Origin: an uncultured delta proteobacterium
GTDB taxonomy: Bacteria > Desulfobacterota > Binatia > UBA9968
Direction of reading: 5' to 3'
DNA length: 64,000 nucleotides
Assembly: GCA_963804165.1 (NCBI GenBank)
Contig: CAWDPO010000006.1
Location: 192,001-256,000, forward strand
Shown: positions 61,780 to 64,000 of the stretch, piece after piece
How the letters are laid out: each line of letters begins with the position of its first letter
Numbering within the stretch: the stretch's first letter is position 1
Made by a program: the position numbers and the translations under genes
The notes under the pieces: generated by a model
Seen by the model: only the letters and a program-made list of their open reading frames with translations
Told to the model about the DNA's origin: nothing
The model's database searches: none

Positions 61780-62638
61780 AACCACGGTTCGCTCCAACGA
61801 CGGAATCGGCTGTTAAACGTATTTTCTCCCCGCGATTAAATGATCGATTATTGTCATCCCAAGCAACCACTTTCGGTCCCGGAAAATCCGTAGGTTTGAT
61901 CGAAAACAGCCGAAACATATAACGAAATTAACGACGATTCTGTCAGATACCTGACATCCCGTTAACAAAAATCCAGTTCGACGCCCGACGAACACCGAGG
62001 TCTCCGATGACCGGAGAGCTAGGGGGTTTCGACTAGCTTCGTACGCGGCCTTAGTCGGCTCGTTCTCCAGCTTCACGTGCGCTCTTGCAAACGTCCCCGT
62101 AAAAAACGCGACCCAACGCGAGAAGTCCGACTGTTTGGTATATTGCGCAATCGTCGGACCACTCGGAAAAATCAAATTTACAGCGTCCTTCGGTCGTTTT
62201 TTAAGAAAAAATATATCGGGACGAGTTGATTGCGTAGGGAAAATCTCTGACAGCTCGATAGTCGTTTTCATACCATCGGCAATCTCAGACCGATCAGATC
62301 CTGCACGGCGCCGTAACCGGCGTGACGAGAGTTGATTCGAGAGGAGTCAAGAGAAGGCTCCGGCCGGAGTTTGGACGCCATTGATAATCTTTCTTATAGC
62401 TGAACCCGAACCTTGGGCCTGTGCTGGACACCCTGGTTGACATTCAGCTGATCGGTGACATGCTTTTTTGAGGGGACATCAGACCGATGAACGCGAGATC
62501 TCCTCCCACCGCTTAGAACCCAGCACCAAACTTGGCTGTTAGCCGTACGCAACTTTACTCCTCAGCCTGAGCCTCATCTAACTTCTGAGTTTATAAGGTT
62601 TTTGAGTCTTTCTTCTACTCAAACGAAAGGAGAGGCCG

Positions 62639-63559
62639 ATGGAAGAGAAAAGAGGAATTTTTGAATCGGTAAAGGACGGTGTTGTCGGAACGATCAGAGG
62701 AACCGGTGACGTAGCGAAAGCGGTGGTGGATACTGTGAGCGGGACCTTGTCTCATACAATCAAGGGAACGGGCGCGGTGGGGACCGCGTTGATCGAAACT
62801 GTTTCGGACGTCGGACGCGCGGCGATCCGTGGAGTGTCCGATGTCGGCGGCGACGTAGGATCGGCTGCGAAGAGCGCCGTGGTAGGAACGCTGCGCGGGA
62901 CCAAGGAAACCAGCATAGAAGCGGCGGATGCGATAAAGGCAGCCACCAGCAGCGTGATCAAAGAAACATCGGCGGTTGCCGGCGACCTTGGCAACGCGGC
63001 AAAAGGCGCCATGCAAGGAGCGATTACCGGCGCCAAAGAAATCGGCCTGAATGCGACAGAGGCAACCGCGGCGGCGGCAAATGGCATCCTCAAGTCAACC
63101 AGCGAAGTTCTTTCCGGCACCGGCAAGGCCGGAGCGTCATTGTTTGCGGCCTCCTCCGGGGTGATTCGCTCCGCCATTCAAGCGGTCGTCGACGTTGGTG
63201 GTGACGTCGGTTCGGGTGCCAAGGGCGCCGTTCTCGGAGTCTTGCAAGGAACCAAAGCCAGCGGCAAAGAGGCATTGGAGGCGATCAGCGAGACGAGCAG
63301 CAATCTCGTTAAAGGTACGTCGGACGTTGCCGGTGATATCGCGAAAGCCGCCAAAGGCGCGGTGCAGGGAGCGATCGAGGGAGCAAAAGAAATCAGTTTG
63401 GATACCACGGAAGCGGCATCAGCGGCGGCCACCGGCGCGCTGAAGGCAGCTGAACAGATCAGCTCGAAAGCCGCGCAACAAGTGCGCAAGGCGGTGACCG
63501 GCACCATCGCCGGTGTGAAAGTCGTACTGAAGGAACCTTTCAAATCAAATAAATCCTGA
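62639..63559 (+). CDS. Ala/Gly/Thr-rich protein with an internal duplication
   Basis: 306 aa; AGGAGAGG RBS; DVGGDVGS.AK.AV.G.L.GTK occurs twice. Confidence 0.8.
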   Translation: MEEKRGIFESVKDGVVGTIRGTGDVAKAVVDTVSGTLSHTIKGTGAVGTALIETVSDVGRAAIRGVSDVGGDVGSAAKSAVVGTLRGTKETSIEAADAIKAATSSVIKETSAVAGDLGNAAKGAMQGAITGAKEIGLNATEATAAAANGILKSTSEVLSGTGKAGASLFAASSGVIRSAIQAVVDVGGDVGSGAKGAVLGVLQGTKASGKEALEAISETSSNLVKGTSDVAGDIAKAAKGAVQGAIEGAKEISLDTTEAASAAATGALKAAEQISSKAAQQVRKAVTGTIAGVKVVLKEPFKSNKS

Positions 63560-63675
63560 GCCGGTTAAGTTGGCGCGAAAAAACCCTGTGTGTAGTGGGC
63601 TCATTTTGCCAGTTGCGATCGGTCGCGGCCGACACTCTGACAAAATGACCCACTACTGAAATGCATGACTGGTTC

Positions 63676-64000
63676 TTAACGCGCCGCAGGGCTCGATCCA
63701 GACTGGGGAAATCTGACGATCGTTGCCGAATTTTCCTCGGTCAAGGATCTTAGACTTTTCCCCTCCAGCGCTTTTCGTACGGCGTGATCACGTTGCAGCA
63801 GGACTTGGTTAGCGGGGCCGGCATGATCGATCGTTAGCGCAGCGGAAGCGTCCACAATATCGAGAATATCTTTGACATCGACGGTTTCAGGCGGTCGTGC
63901 CAACGCGACGCCTTCAGGCTCAGCGGATCTAAGCAAAATTCCCGCTCTAACATATTCGTCGAAGAGATTGTCCAGACTCGGCACACCAAGATAAGCGGCA
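63676..64000 (-). CDS. 3' end of a probable YihY/BrkB protein with C-terminal Rrf2-like HTH (partial)
   Basis: LGVPS...GILL...G..LARPPETVDVKDILDIV tail. Confidence 0.5.
   Translation of the reverse strand, partial: AAYLGVPSLDNLFDEYVRAGILLRSAEPEGVALARPPETVDVKDILDIVDASAALTIDHAGPANQVLLQRDHAVRKALEGKSLRSLTEENSATIVRFPQSGSSPAAR

Noticed and set aside
61813-62271. 152-aa ORF upstream of the Crp gene
   Set aside because: No recognisable motif or clear RBS; more likely intergenic regulatory DNA.

Overview
Bacterial chromosomal window, roughly 55-60% GC. Gene content (NMT1/THI5-type ABC binding proteins, F420-dependent LLM, Mo-hydroxylase, purMN, typA, htpX, mgtE, tatA, degP) suggests a deltaproteobacterium-like organism such as Ca. 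Binatia; this taxonomy is inference only. Many genes are split by single-base indels, most likely uncorrected long-read consensus errors. Accessory content: (1) A ~9.6 kb phage-derived element at 16206-25815, integrated in the 3' end of a carboxylesterase gene and bounded by an imperfect direct repeat that supplies a replacement C-terminus. It carries a Cro-like HTH gene immediately followed by an unannotated 5 x 35-bp dual-repeat/dual-spacer array (GAGCGAGCCG-N8-GATTGAGCG-N8) resembling a TIGR guide-RNA array, with no Tas gene visible. It also carries PIN and NDT/TIR-like cargo and a terminase pair, but no recognisable integrase, portal or capsid. (2) A nested mobile structure at 52098-53808: an IS1111-type IS110 inserted in a REP-like hairpin, inside an IS1182-like MITE with a 4-bp target duplication, inside another MITE. 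(3) A probable UxxC selenoprotein of the peroxiredoxin-like family, missed by the ORF track. (4) tRNA-Asn next to a lower-GC LTA-synthase/sulfatase gene.
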